NCBI GenBank assembly: GCA_026770705.1
Contig: JANJGN010000004.1
Span: forward strand, 173,166,001 to 173,230,000
Origin: Isurus oxyrinchus
Lineage: Eukaryota
Reading direction: 5' to 3'
DNA length: 64,000 bases
The position numbers and the translations under genes are program-made. Position 1 is the stretch's first letter; each line of letters starts with the position of its first letter. Positions 24,576-37,830 of the stretch are shown here, piece after piece. The notes beneath the pieces were generated by a model. It was not told where the DNA came from and ran no database searches. It saw nothing but the letters and a program-made list of their open reading frames with translations.

Positions 24576-24829
24576 CAACATGCGACATACACTTTTACAT
24601 GCATGTTGTCCTCTGGAGCTTTCCATCGATAATGATGTTAGAGGCTCCAGTGTTCTTCCTATCACAAGGCTGACCTGAAATCTCTTCTGCTCTTAGTGTC
24701 TGACATTGGCAGGTGTTGAAAGGATTTGCAGATTTATGCTCAACCTGTTAGGCCATGTTATGAATGCACCTTCCTTGGTCATCGAGTCCTGGGGTTGGAC
24801 TCAAACTCAGAGCTTCTGGCTCAGAGGCT

Positions 24830-25436
24830 GGGGCTTATGACCCCTCGGCCAAGACTGTTAGGATGGTGGGGTTTTCCTTTGCACCATCCAAAGGATCGGT
24901 GGCAAACACATCCCAGCTGATACTGGCTTGGGAGGAGGTTCCAGCTCATAGAGTTGCCAGCCAATCTGATTGGTCCCAGCAGTGCCACAAGCTCGGGGCC
25001 AGGTGAGCATAGGGTTCTCAAGGTGGGGACAGTAGGTGAGATCAGTGAGGTAGAGGGGGGGGAGGTGGTTGGGGAGGCAGAGAGAGGCCTGGGGCACTGG
25101 TAGAGAGACCAGGATGGTAGGAGCACCCCAGGCCTTGTGGGGTGGGGGGGTCACCCAATGTTGGAAAGGATCCATTGATGGAGGTGACCCTAGCCCCCTT
25201 CCTGCTCAATGACAGAGCAGAGTCACTTTCCGGACCTGACATGCCCCTGAACTCTTCCCGCCAGCCTGAAAATTAAGGCTCGGGTGGAAAACAGCCCTTA
25301 AGTGGTCATTAATTGGCCATGCCCATCTCACGCTAAAATTGCGGAGAAGTCGGGGCAGATAGATGTCCTTTGGGAAGGCCATCTGAAAACCCCATCATGT
25401 GCAAACCTGCTGAGGGGGGACCATAAAATTCTGCTC
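24830..25436. mobile_element. Decayed Harbinger-like MITE
   Basis: Right end CATAAAATTCTGCTC resembles the family TIR; contains CCCTTAAGTGGTCATTAATTGGCC, similar to motifs in the other MITEs. The left end is unclear. Confidence 0.45.
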
Positions 25437-25457
25437 CTCACTTTGTAGCAACTATTT

Positions 25458-25650
25458 TATATTTATGATTCCTAGTTCTGGAGCTGAATGATTTAACTAT
25501 CTTATATTTATAACCTCTAGCATTGGAGTGACAAATGTATATTTATGATCCCTTGTTTTGGACTTGTTGGTGTCACTACTTTATATTTATGATCCTTATT
25601 TTTGAAGTGACCATCTGATATTAATGGTGTCTATTTCTGGAGTGACTTTC
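25458..25650. repeat. Degenerate minisatellite, five units of about 35-45 bp
   Basis: Recurring TATATTTATGAT(C/T)C(C/T)T..TT(C/T)TGGA core near 25458, 25503, 25538, 25582 and about 25618. Confidence 0.65.
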
Positions 25651-27239
25651 TTACAAGCATGATACCTTGTTTAGTTACATGTTACCATTAGAAATCTATG
25701 ATTGTTCCACAATGACATTTGATTGCTATTTAATGAACATGGATCTCCTTGTTCCTTCCATTAAAAAGAAAGAACTTGCGCTTATATGGTGCCCTTCATG
25801 AAATGAGGATGCTCCAAAGAGTGGATTGTAAGAAAGCAAATACAGCAGGTGACTGAAAAAAAGAGAAACAGGGTCTTCTGTGTGCACTGAATGGAAGGCA
25901 AATGGTCCAAAATCTGGCTCTAAATCAAAACCTGTAAAAAGGTCAAGAGGACTTCGTAAATCTGTTACTAAACTTGATTTGTGCTTGAAGGTTTTTAAAT
26001 AAAAGTCAGTTGCAATCATGTCAAATACACATATTCACAAAATGGTTTTTTTTTGCTTTTGAGGTCATGTCATTAGTGAAGAAGAAAATAGTTTATTAAA
26101 ATAAATAAAAGAGGGGTCATTTAATCCATCCATATATGATGAGCATGCATGGTGCATACTGACACCATTAAACACATGAATTGTCAATCTCAGTATCTGT
26201 CTTTCATTACAAGTGCAGCTCAATATGGAATAATCTTGGTTTTGGCCTTGATGCTAACCATATTCAAATAGCCTGTGTCTCAATACCCAAATCCACATCT
26301 GGGGAATTATTTCTGGTGTGAGGCATCAGAAAGTCATAAGCACATGTACAATTGTACTCTGTAGGAAGCATTGCCTTTGGGAGAAAGGGAAGAAATCACT
26401 GCAAGAAAGCAAATATAAAATCTGTTGCAGTGATTAAACACTCAGTTAGTGGTCTTCAAGCTTCTCTGTTTGGGGGATACACTCACAGTAACTCCCTGTA
26501 AGTATTGACACAGTCCTGCAAACCGTGAATACAGAGACCTCAGGCACCCATTGCCCCAACATCCAAAAGGCATTATCAACTAACCAAAAACAGGGTTATC
26601 ATAGTAGGTTTTTAAAAAAAATTAGAAGCCTGAATAACATTTCCTGAACTCAACAAAGACAGAAAAATAATTCAGAAATATGATAGATGGGTGGAAATCC
26701 GAAGGTTTGTGGAGCATTCGGGAGGTCTACTCATAGGAATCCGGGATCTTAATTGGAAAAGATATGAACCAGGAGAAATATTCCCCTTGTTCTCTACTTG
26801 CACTGACATTTCCCTTCCCCTATGTCTCAACACATTTTAAAATACCTTTACTAGAATTTCAATGCATTACGCATAAACTCCATAAGCCAAAGGGGGGATT
26901 TTAACCTAATTTGCCAAGTGGGATATCCACAGGACTAAGTGGAACACTGATTTTACATCCCACTTAATTGGGCCTACCATTTAACTTATCCTTCAAGTCA
27001 GAAAACTGATGGGATCGGTTAGTTTCACACCCCAGCTAATTTTACTTCCATTGAAGTCAATGAGCAATATTAGATGGCGTGTGGAATCAGCATTACAGCT
27101 GATCCCATGGGTTTCCATCCACAAGCTGGGTGCAAAATTTCCCCTCTGAGTTCAAATGCAAGTAGATTAGTGAAGTAGTATGAGCAGCTTTTCAAATTCT
27201 ATGCTCAAAATCTTTTTGAAATGTGTTTGAAAGAAGTAA

Positions 27240-27730
27240 AAAAAAACAAGCTTACAGTTATATAGTATCTATCACACCCTTAAACTATCCCAGAGCATCT
27301 CACAGTCAATGAATTAGAATGTATGAACAATGACGGATAGGAAAAAAACCCTCTGGCTCATCCAGCCTGTCCCACATGTCTCACTTTATTCCTTCTGAAA
27401 TGTAATTACTGTCGGTTGTAACCAAGTGTGGTCGTCAGTTTGTGCTCTGCAACGTTGCACAAAGGAGAAATGATATAAAGCAGCAGTTAATCTGCTTTTG
27501 CAATGTTGTTTGAGGCATAATGTTGGTCAGCAAGAGCAAGAGCTCCCTTGTCTTCTTGAAATGAGAACTTCTACCTCCATTTAAACAAAGAGCCAGGACC
27601 ACAGTGAAACATGTCTTCAGAAAGATGATACATCTGAAAGTGCAGCGCTCCCTCAGTACTGCACTGAAGTGTCCACCTGATTATGTGCTTAAGTCCAGAA
27701 ACTTCACTGCAGTATTGAGAGATTGTTACA
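27240..27730 (-). mobile_element. Decayed Deu-domain SINE (SacSINE1/AmnSINE-like)
   Basis: GTGCAGCGCTCCCTCAGTACTGCACTGAAGTG and AATCTGCTTTTG...TGTTGTTTGAGG are antisense Deu-domain motifs. Confidence 0.6.
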
Positions 27731-28469
27731 TTTTCAGAAGCAACATCCCTCAGGTTAGAGGTTAAACCAAGGCTCCAATTTGTGGCTTGCAAATACTGCA
27801 GTGATGATTATTGGTTCAAGCCTTACTATGAATTTTGGTACATAATTTAAAATGACACTTTCAGCGTCTAAGGGAGTGTTGCTCTGTTGGAGGTGCTATC
27901 TTTTAAGTGAAATGTTCAGATGAATTTGAGACATGCTGAAGACTATAATAAGATACGGTGTAAGTGCAAGTGCTTTTTTTTTGTGGAATCAAACAATAAA
28001 GAGTAACAAATGTTGTTACATGCTGTCGTGCCCCTTGTAACTCTCTCCTTCGTCTTGCTCGATATTGAAGCATTAACCAAAAAAGTGCCTTAGTTGCTCT
28101 TGTACTTTCACTCAATAACCTAGCAATGATCAGAATCTACCTGTAGTAAACCCAAAATCTTTCTGCAGTATGTCTTATCACTTATACCAGATTCCTAATG
28201 CTTATTGATACCTTTGCACTGTTGCCCCATCCAAAGCCGCACAGTCAGCGAGTTCACCTGCAACATCCATGAGTCAGTGCAGTTGATGTCAGAGACTTGC
28301 GAGCATTGCAGGTGGGATGCCACACTGCATGTGCAGCATTTTTCATGCCTGACTAGATACTGAATCAACTAACTTGTTTTTCTGAGTGGCGTTGCAATTA
28401 TCAACCAAAACCTCTGCTTCTGCTTTCGTTGTGTCAGCATCACAGACCAACATCTGTATTCTGCAAGCA

Positions 28470-28690
28470 TTTACAAATGTGGTTAACAATGTGATAATAA
28501 CCAGATAATCTGTTTTTGCGATGTCAGTCGAGGGACAGGTATTGGACCAGGAGCACTAGGGATAACTCCCTCCTCTTCTGCGAATAGTGCAATGGGATCT
28601 TTTACATCCACCTAAATGGGCAAATGGGACGTCAGTTTAATGTTTCATCTGAAAGACACAATCTTCCTGAGTGCTGAAACAAAACTTGAA
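28470..28690 (-). mobile_element. Deu-domain SINE fragment
   Basis: CCAGATAATCTGTTTTT...GAATAGTGCAATGGGATCTTTTACATCCACC...GTTTAATGTTTCATCTGAAAGAC. Related fragments lie at about 11040-11170, 28995-29140 and 45600-45790. Confidence 0.7.
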
Positions 28691-29849
28691 CCAAAAGAAC
28701 TTAGTCATATAATTTACCCAGATGAAGGAGGGATCGAAACAAGGCTGAAAGCACTATTCAAATACCTGAACTGATATATCAAATAATACCAATATTGATT
28801 TAACAGAGTGTACGTGACAATACAGCTTTGACATTTTTCATATTGATCTCACTCTGATGCCAAATAGAACTGCCAAAGAAAATCCTATTAATTTGGGGAA
28901 CTCAGACCTTATCAAATTCATCTCAAATATAATATGATGGTTGTAGGATGATTCTACAGAAAGAGGCTTCTGACTTACGATTGGATTATTATTAAACATG
29001 GCTAATATTTACCCCTCAGCCAACATCACTGAAAAACAGATTATCTGGTCATTACATTACAGCTGTGACTACTTCAAAAGTAGTTAATCTTCTGTAAGGC
29101 GCTTTGGGACATACAAAAGTTGTGAGAGATGCAGGTTTTCTCTTCTTTCCAAGATTTTTCACTTAAAGGCAGTTTTTTGTAAAATGGACTGAGATTAATT
29201 TGCTATTGCTTTCTAACATAATACTCTACTTCCAGTTTACAATTCACTTTTTTGATGGCAGTATTTTTAAAAAATCTTAACCGCTTGTGCCCAAGGTTCA
29301 AAGGAAATTGAATTCATTTACTGATCTTTTTGTTAAATTATTACTGTTAGATTATCTTTTAATGTCATCTTCCAACAAAGGAAAATAATGGAGAAGAGAT
29401 CTGATATAAATACATTAAGCATGCATAAAGCACCTTACATTCCTGGAAATAGCTTTCAATGAAGATCCCGACACAGTGGTAGGATTCTAAAATCATAGCT
29501 CCTCTGAAATTGAAACAGTATGATTCTGATTTTTATGGGGGGGGGGACGGAGAAAGTGTGGTGGGAGGGAAAACCAGCAAGGCGATGGGTGAAGGTCCTG
29601 ACAAACTTAGTGGCAGGACCTCCTTAACATTTTCTAAATCTTAGCAGCAACTGACAAATTTGACTGCTTGGCTGGGAGGGAAATCTAGTGGTAGAAGGCC
29701 TCATGTGGTGAGGCTTTCTGGAGGAGACTAGAGGAGCGCTCATGGCCCTTAAGAAGTGTTGGAAGAGGCCTAGTGGAGCTGGCAGCTACCACCTTCCTTT
29801 CACTGCCTAGAAATCTGTGTGAAGCAACTGTGAAATCAGACTCCCAATT

Positions 29850-30222
29850 CACAGAATCACACAATCACAGAATCACACAGTGCAAAAGAGGCCCTTCGGC
29901 CCATCGAGTCTGCACCAACACGTGAGAAACACCTGACTTACCTACCTAATCCTATTTACCAGCACTTGGCCCATAGCCTTGAGTGTTATGATGTGCTGAG
30001 TGCTCATCCAGGTACTTTTTAAAGGATGTGAGGCAACCCGCCTCCACCACCCTCCCAGGCAGCGCATTCCAGACCGTCATTATCCTCTGGGTAAAAATGC
30101 TTTTCCTCACATCCTCCATAAACCTCCTGCCCCTCACCCTGAACTTATGTCCCCTCGTGACTGGCCCTTCAACTAAGGGAAACGGCTGCTCCCTATCCAC
30201 CCTGTCCATGCCCCTCATAATC
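29850..30222 (-). mobile_element. CR1 3' end (young subfamily, near-identical to 35440-35820)
   Basis: MRGMDRVDREQPFPLVEG...VWNALPGRVVEAG; tail repeats CACAGAAT on the plus strand. Confidence 0.9.
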
Positions 30223-30439
30223 ACGCTCTCCGTGATACCTGACACCAACAGGGACGGAAAATTCTGGCCACAATTCTCTCAACCTTTACTCAGATGAACT
30301 CTATTGATCAGCCTTGTGACACTTCTTTGCACTGTCTTTGTCATATCAATTTCCTCTTTACCTTGGGCTAACGTACGACCAGACCAGAGCATTATTTAGT
30401 TTAATTGTGACATCCTCAGATTTGTATTCAAAATAGCAA

Positions 30440-31790
30440 TATGCGAGGTCAAATTTTGATCCTACAAAGGTTGAAATTGGGTACTTTCTAAATGGTGAAA
30501 ATCTGGAATCAGTGGATGCCTGAAGAGATGGGTCCTGATAAAAAAAAGTCATTTAAATACCTTGAACTTATGCAGAAAAAAAATCAAAAAGGCAAATGGA
30601 ATGCTTGTCTTTATATGTAGAGGAATAGGGTCAAAGGGGCTAGGAGTCAGACTTCAGTGGTACAAAGTCCTGGGCCAGAATTTTTCGCTCGTTCAAGTGG
30701 GCACCCGCCCAACATCATCGCGCACTCGTGCGATATTTCGGTCGGCGAGTGCATGGAGTTGGCAGTGCACCCGCTGACAATTAAAAGGCCTATTAAGGCC
30801 ATTGAAGTAATAATCAAGTTCAATTTTGGTTGGCAGGCAGGCGGAATGGCCAAGCAGCCTTTGGATTTTTTTGCAAATTCTCATCCACGGGCGGGATGAG
30901 GTTTCAATCCATCATTAAAAAAAATAATGAAACATTTTCAAACGAATTGCTAACAGGTCCCTGCTCGTGTAACAGCGTCGCATAAGGGGACGTGTGTTTT
31001 TAACATTTTAAAATTCTTGATTTTTAATTGTCAAAAATGTTCATCTCCCTGAGACAGCTCTGAGCATCAGGGAGCTTTTCCTGCACGCAGCTGTGCACCT
31101 GCGCACATGCACGCTCGTCTTCTTCCCCCCACCCTTCCAAACCTTAGACAGTGAAGGCCTTAATTGGCCCGCCAGCATGAAATCACGGACACGGCCCGAT
31201 CGCGGGCGGCGGTCGGCTTCCCAGCTGCTGCTGCTCGCCCCCACCTGGTCTGGCCGACAAAATTCTGCCTCTGCTTTTCCACACCTGGTGTACTATGAGC
31301 AGCTCTGAACATCATGTCTAAGGAGGTCTCAGTTGGTCTTGGAGGGAGTGCGGTGAGGGTTTATTATGATCTCTGGGCTCCAAGGATTAAATTATGAGAA
31401 GAGATTGCTCAAACTCGGGTTGTATTCCCTGCAATTTAGAAGGCTGAGGGATGATTTGATCAAAGTTTTCAAGGTATTAGAAGGAACAGATGGAGAGGAA
31501 CAATTTCCACTGAGTTGGAGATTCTAAGACTCAGGGACATAGCCTAAAAATTTGAGCCAGACCATACATTGGGAAACACCAACATGCAAAGCGTGGTAGA
31601 AGCTCAGAACTTTCTTCTGCAAATGCTAATTGTTAATTTTAAAACTGAGATTATTCCTTTTTTTTCAGCCATTGGCATTTAGAGATATGGTGCACAGATG
31701 AGTATTTGTAATTAGGTTGCAGATCTGTCATGATTTCACTGAATGGCAGAACTGGCTTGAGGGGCTAAATGGCCTATTCCTGTCCCTGTG
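30440..31790 (+). mobile_element. Old CR1 3' portion interrupted by a MITE
   Basis: KKANGMLVFICRGI; LGLYSL...RRLRDDLIKVFK-like segment; 3' GGGGCTAAATGGCCTATTCCTG. Confidence 0.7.
30673..31270. mobile_element. PIF/Harbinger-like MITE with a 3-bp CTG target-site duplication
   Basis: CTG|GGCCAGAATTTT ... AAAATTCTGCCT|CTG; CpG-rich; reverse orientation of the 3734-4414 family. Confidence 0.8.
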
Positions 31791-34159
31791 TATTTGATGG
31801 CTTTGGCTGTGTGGCTCAGTGTTTTTTTGATCTGAATTAAATAGTGCTATTTAACATTACTTCACTTAAGATGCCTGGGTCTCTTTCAATTAGATTTTGA
31901 GCTATTTCCAATATTATTTATGGAAAACATGTGTCACCCACTTTTCCTTGATATCTACAGGTATATTAAATTTCAAATGCCATATGTTCTACCTGTTACC
32001 TGGATAATTTGTGTTGAGCTCAGCGATGAAACAGTGAACCTTGTCATTATATTTTGGCTTCCTGATTATTTTGTATCACCTTTCTTGATGTTGGAATGTG
32101 GTCAAAAAGCTTTTCGTTACCTGTTATACATATATTTTTCAACTCATTTTGTTCTCTCCAATTATACTCTTCCTAACTTGGTATCCTCTGTAATTTTAAT
32201 CAATTTACAGCGTGCTTCTGAATCCAAGCCATTGATATCAATTAGAAATAGAACTGATCCCAGTACTGAGCCCTCTGACATCCCACTCTACTTCCCTTGC
32301 CACAGTGTAGCTTCTCTAAAAGGTACTCATTGTTTTCCCTGCTTCAACCCAGTTTCTTATGCATTCCTAAAATCTTCCAAGAAGGCTTGTTACTGCTGTG
32401 CCTATCAAGGATATACCCAGTTCATTGTTTCTTTCACCTATCCATTTGCTGTTTCACAAAACTTTATGGTAGTTTATAACCCATGCCTCAAGCTAGTGAA
32501 ATGCTTTTTGCTGCTATCTTCCTACATCAAGAAGGATGACGGTCAAGCACACAATATAACCAGAAAGCCAAAATATAGTAACAAGGGTTCACTCTCTGTT
32601 CCTTGAGCTCAGTACAAATTATCCAGATATGGGGTAGGTACAGCAAGCCATGGAACACAGTGAGCAAGAACTCAGCAACAGGAGAGTTCCAAGATATTGA
32701 ACCTGAACAATTATCTGGAGTAAAAGACCCAAAACATAAAAATTCTCCTTTGATATTTAAATACAACCCTGTTTCATATTTTGAAGAAGACTGAAACATA
32801 TTTGGTATGAATCTGGCCGTTTATCAAAATTCTTTGCTTTTTCTATCAGCTAATACATCCGACTCCAATTCTTGTATTGTATGGTAATTGACGAACAACA
32901 ACTTGCATTTACATAATACCTTGAACCTTGTAATCTGACAATGTTAAGGGCTTCAAATCTCACTAATGAGAGACTATTTGGTCTTTGCTTTTGCACACTG
33001 GCTTCCAATCATTAACTTTTTTGTCTGAATTAGGAGCAGCTACACCTTAGAAACAAATGTTAAGAAAGATCATTGCACAGATACTTTGAAGTGCCAAAAA
33101 TTGTAATGTAACATGGCAAAATCTTTCTTTCCTTGAACCTAAAGCTATTTCTTTTTGTTCCCCATGAATGCCTGGAGTGCACTTGCAATATGTCTGCAGT
33201 ACGTTTTTGAAGCAGATTTGCTCTACATTATGCTGCAGCTGCAATGAAAATCCAGACAAATTAGGAGTCAAAGCCCAATAACACAGGAGCGAAGAAACGT
33301 GAGATTCCCTGGAGGAATGAGCTCCCACCACTTCATTTCAGAATCAGTTCAGACCTTGAAGCTGATTTTGTTCTTCTCGATCAACATTGGTGTGAAGCCA
33401 AAGCTGTTTGCAGTGACACTAAATTTACAGTGTGAAGGCATAATGCAATTTGACCTATGCAAGATTATAATTCAATGAGTTCTTGTGTTCTTCAGGAGAA
33501 CAGAACCATAATATTTTACAACGCAAAAGGAATCCATTGAGCTTATTGTATCTTTGTTGGCTCTATGTTGGAGTTGTCTAAAACTAATTCTGCTGCTCTG
33601 CTTTCTCCCCATTGGTCTACATCCTCCCTGCTTCAAATATTTATCCATTTTTTTTAAAGATGCAAAGACCACAACCACTCCCTGTGACAAAGCATTCCAA
33701 ACTTCAATAACATTATGTGCAAAGAGATTTCTATTGAAGTCTTCTGAAACTCTCCATGATAATGTTAAGTTGATGATGGTTTGTGCATGGGTGTGCAAGT
33801 GTCTGCTCATTATCCAAAAGTTAAAATTAGTCTTCACATTTCTAGCATGCACACTTCATTTAGCACACTTATTTCATGCTGTTATGTTTTTGTCATTGCA
33901 TTGTGTTGGCTTGATCAAGATGAAATAGCAAAACTTCAGAACTGAAGGGATAGAGATGCACAAATCAAAAGTGAGGAAAATGGTTAAGAAAAAATGAGAA
34001 ACTACAAAAGTCCTGCGAAAACAATCAATTCAGAATGATGATTGAAGCCAATAAGAAGCCAATAATTAGAGAAAAGAATATAAATACTTCAAAGGAATCA
34101 TTCAGTATCTTTCCTCATCCTAATTTAGGTTATTTTTTACTTTTCACAAAATAAGGGCA

Positions 34160-36240
34160 AGGCGCTACATGGAAGACTGGTTAAAAAATAAAAATCCATG
34201 GGATCCAGGGGAAGGTAGCAAGCTGGATAGAAAGCTAGCTCAGTGGCATGAAATAAAGGATAATTGTTGACATGTGCATTTCTGACTGGAAGGCTGTTTC
34301 CAGTGGGGTTCCACAGGGCTCAATATTAGGTCCTCCGCTTTTTGTCATATCTATTAACAACTTAGATGTAAATGTAGAGGGTATGATCAAGAAGTTTGCA
34401 GATGACACAAAAATTGGCCACATGGTTGATAGTGAGGAGATCAGCTGTAGACTGTAGGAAAATGTCAATAAACTGGCCAGTTGGGCAGAAGAGTGGCAAA
34501 TGGAATTCAGCCTAAAGAAGTGTGAGGTGATGCATTTGGGGAGGTCAAGCAAGGCAAAGGAATACACAGTTAATGTGACATTACTGAGAGGCGTAGAGGA
34601 AATGAGGAACCTTGGAAATAATGTCCACAGATCCCTGTAGGTAGCAGGATACGTCAAAAAGATGGTTCTGAAGGCGTATGGAATTCATTCCTTTATTAGC
34701 CAATGTATAGAATATAAAAGCTGGGAGATTATGCTGGAATTGTGTAAACCATTAGTTTGGCCACAATCTGAGTACTGTGCGTAGTTCTGGTCACCTCATT
34801 ACAGAAAGGATGTAATTGCTTTAGAGAAGACACAGAGGAGATTTACAAGGATATTGCCAGGGCTAGAAAATTGCAGCTCTAAAGAGTGATTGTGCAGATA
34901 ACATAAAGATTGGCCGGGTGGTTAATAGTGAGGTTGAGTGCCTTGGGCTACAGGAAGATATAGACCGGATGGTCAAATGGGGAGATAAGTCGCAGATGGA
35001 ATTTAACCCTGAAAAGTGTGAGGTGATGGACTTTGGAAGGAATAATTTGACAAGGAAATATTCAATGAACGGCATGACACTAGGAAGTTCTGAGGAACAA
35101 AGGGACTTTGGTGTGTTTGTCCATAGATCTCTGAAGACGGAGGGGCATATTAGTGGGATGGTGAAAAAGGCATTTGGGACACTTGCCTTTATCAATTGAG
35201 ACAAGGATTACAAAAGTAGGGAGGTCATGCTGGAGTTGTATAGAACCTTGGTGACGCCACAGCTGGAGTACTGTGTGTAGTTCTGGTTGCGACATTATAG
35301 GAAGGATGTGATTGCACTGGAGGGGGGTGCAGAGGAGATTCACCAGGAAGTTGCCCGGGATGAAACATTTAAGTTATGAAGAGAGGTTGGATAGACTTGG
35401 GTTGTTTTCGTTGGAGCAGAGAAGACTGAATGGCAACCTGATCGAGGTGTACAAGATTATGAGGGGCATGGACAGGGTGGATAGGGAGCAGCTGTTCCGC
35501 TTAGTTGAAAGGTCAATCACGAGGGGACATAAGTTCAAGGTTAGGGGCAGGAGGTTTGGGGGGATGTGAGGAAAATCTTTTTACCCAATGAGTAGTGACG
35601 GTCTGGAATGCGCTGCCTGGGAGGGTGGTGGAGGCGGGTTGCCTCACATTCTTTAAAAAGTACCTGGATGATCACTTGGCACGTCATAACATTCAAGGCT
35701 ATGGGTCAAGTGCTGGTAAATGGGATTAGGTAGGTAGGTCAGGTGTTTCTCATCTGTCGGTGCAAACCTGATGGGCCGAAGGGCCTCTTCTGCATTGTGT
35801 GTTTCTGTGATTCTGTGATTGGATAGGCCAGACTTGTTCTCCCTGGAACAGAGGAAGCTGAGGGGAGATTTGATTGAGATGTACAAAATTGTGAGGGGCC
35901 TGAATAGAATGGATGGCAAGGACCTATTTACCTTAGCAGAGAGGTCAGTGGCCAGTGTGCATCGATTTAAAATGATTGGTAGAAATATTAGAGGGGAAGT
36001 GAGACCTTTTCACCCAGTGGGTAGTAGGGATCTGGAACTCAGTGCCTGAAAGAGTAGTGGAGGTAGCAACACTCAAATAATTTAAAAGATGTCTGGATAT
36101 GCACCTTAAGTCTTGTAAACTGCAGGGCTACAGGCCAAATGCTGGAACGTGGGATTAGGCTGGATGGCTTGTATTTTGGCCAGCACAGGCACAATGGGCC
36201 AAGTGGACTCTTTCTGTGCCATAAACGTTCTATGATTCTA
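34160..36240 (+). mobile_element. CR1 RT/3' end with a younger CR1 nested at about 34893-35820
   Basis: SSGVPQGSILGPPLF...KFADDTKIG. The host breaks at GAGTGATT and resumes at GGATAGGCC after the (GATTCTGT)n tail of the insert. Confidence 0.9.
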
Positions 36241-36479
36241 AGAACAAATCGGTTCAGTGTGCAAAATTTCTTAGTATTCCTGTTCACTGCTTCCAAATGA
36301 TAAATCTCCATCTAGCTTTGGTAAATCCTAGTGTCATTCCTTCAGTGCTATGGCAGTCTAGGAATGCTCCCAGTAATACAAATAATCTGGTGTAGCTAAA
36401 CCTATGCTCTAATCTGCTAGATATCTGCTTCTAGATAAGCAGGTGGATAGGCAATGAATATATTCCTTTCTGGTGCAAA

Positions 36480-37830
36480 ACACAACAGAAAATGTGGCTC
36501 AACCATGGCTAACAAAAGAAATTGAGGTTAGTGTTAGATCCAAAGAGGAGTCATATAAAGTTCCTAGAAAAAGTAGCAAGCCTGAGGATTGGGAGTAGTT
36601 TAGAATTCAGCAAAGGAGGACCGAGAGATTGATTAGGGGGAAAAACAGAGTACGAGGTAAACTTGCAAGGAACATAAAAGAGGACAGTTATAGCTTCTAT
36701 AAGCATGTAAGAAGAAAAAATATTAGTGAAGACAAATGTAGGTCCCTTACAGTCCAAAACAGGAGAATTTATAATAGAGAACAAGGATATGGCAGAGGAA
36801 TTAAACAACTGCTTTAGTTCTGTCTCCATGGAGAAAGGCACAAATAATTTCCCAGAAATACCAGGGAACCAAAGATCTAGTGAGAGGGAGTAATTGAAGG
36901 AAATTAGCATTCCTAAAAAAACAGTGCTGGAGAAATTAATGGAAGTAAAAGCCGATCAATCCGCTGGTCCTGATAATCTCCATCCCAGGATACTAAAGGA
37001 GGTGGACATGGAAATAGTGGATGCTTTGGTTGTCATCTTCCAAAATTCTGTAGATTCTGGAACAGTCCTGGCAGATTGAAGGGTGGTAAATGTAAACCCA
37101 CTACTTAAAAAAGGAGGGAGAAAAAAAAACTGCTAATTACACACGGGTTAGCCTAACATTAGTGGTAGGGAAAATGCTAGAGTCTATTATAAAGGATGTG
37201 ATAACAGGACACTTAGGAAATATCAACGGGATTAGACATAGTCAATATGGATTAATGAAAGGGAAATCATGTTTGACAAACCGACTGGAGTTTTTTGAGG
37301 ACGTAACTAGCAGAATAGATATGGGAGAACCAGTGGATGTGGTGTATTTGGATTTTCAGAAAGCTTTTGATAAAGTCCCACATAAGACGTTAGTGTGCAA
37401 AATTAAAGCACGTGGGTTTGGGGGTAATATATTGGTATGAATTGAGAATTGGTTAGCAGACAGGAAGCAGAGAACAGGAATGAATGGGTCTATTTTGGAA
37501 TGACAGGCAGTGACTAGTGGGCACCACAGGGATCAGTACTTGGGCTCCAGCAATTCACAATATATAACAAGGATTTGGATGAGGGAAACAAATATAATAT
37601 TTCCAAGTTTGCTGATGACAGAAAGCTAAGTGGGAATGTGAGGAGGATGTTAAGAGGCTTCAAGGCGATTTAGACAAGTTGAGTGAGTGGGCAAGTACAT
37701 GGCAGATATAGTATAACTCGGATAAGTGTGAAGTTATCCACTTTGGTAGGAAAAACAGAATGGCAGAGTATTATTTAAATGGCGATAGATTGGGTGCAAA
37801 GGGACCTGGGTGTCCTTGAAAACCAATGGA
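36480..37830 (+). mobile_element. CR1 ORF2 fragment
   Basis: AGPDNLHPRILKEV, GKSCLTNRLEFFEDVT, VYLDFQKAFDKVPH, KFADD. Confidence 0.9.

Noticed and set aside
21340-24590. Target-site duplication around the tRNA-headed LINE
   Set aside because: The flanks (…CAGGGAGTC versus AACATGCGAC…) show no duplication, so a TSD cannot be used as proof that head and ORF inserted together.
25458-25650. CRISPR-like repeat-spacer array
   Set aside because: Eukaryotic context, repeats not identical, spacers too short and irregular, and no cas genes.
25726-26019. Minus-strand ORF with a good splice acceptor (GFDLEPDFGPFAF...)
   Set aside because: No clear donor, it runs into a decayed SINE tail near 25760-25820, and the peptide is unrecognised.
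31920-32606. 228-aa ORF as a host gene
   Set aside because: No recognisable domain. It overlaps antisense decayed CR1 RT sequence (AGAACTGATCCCAGTACTGAGCCCTCTGACATCCCACT, the reverse of the GVPQGSVLGP motif), so it is probably a chance ORF.
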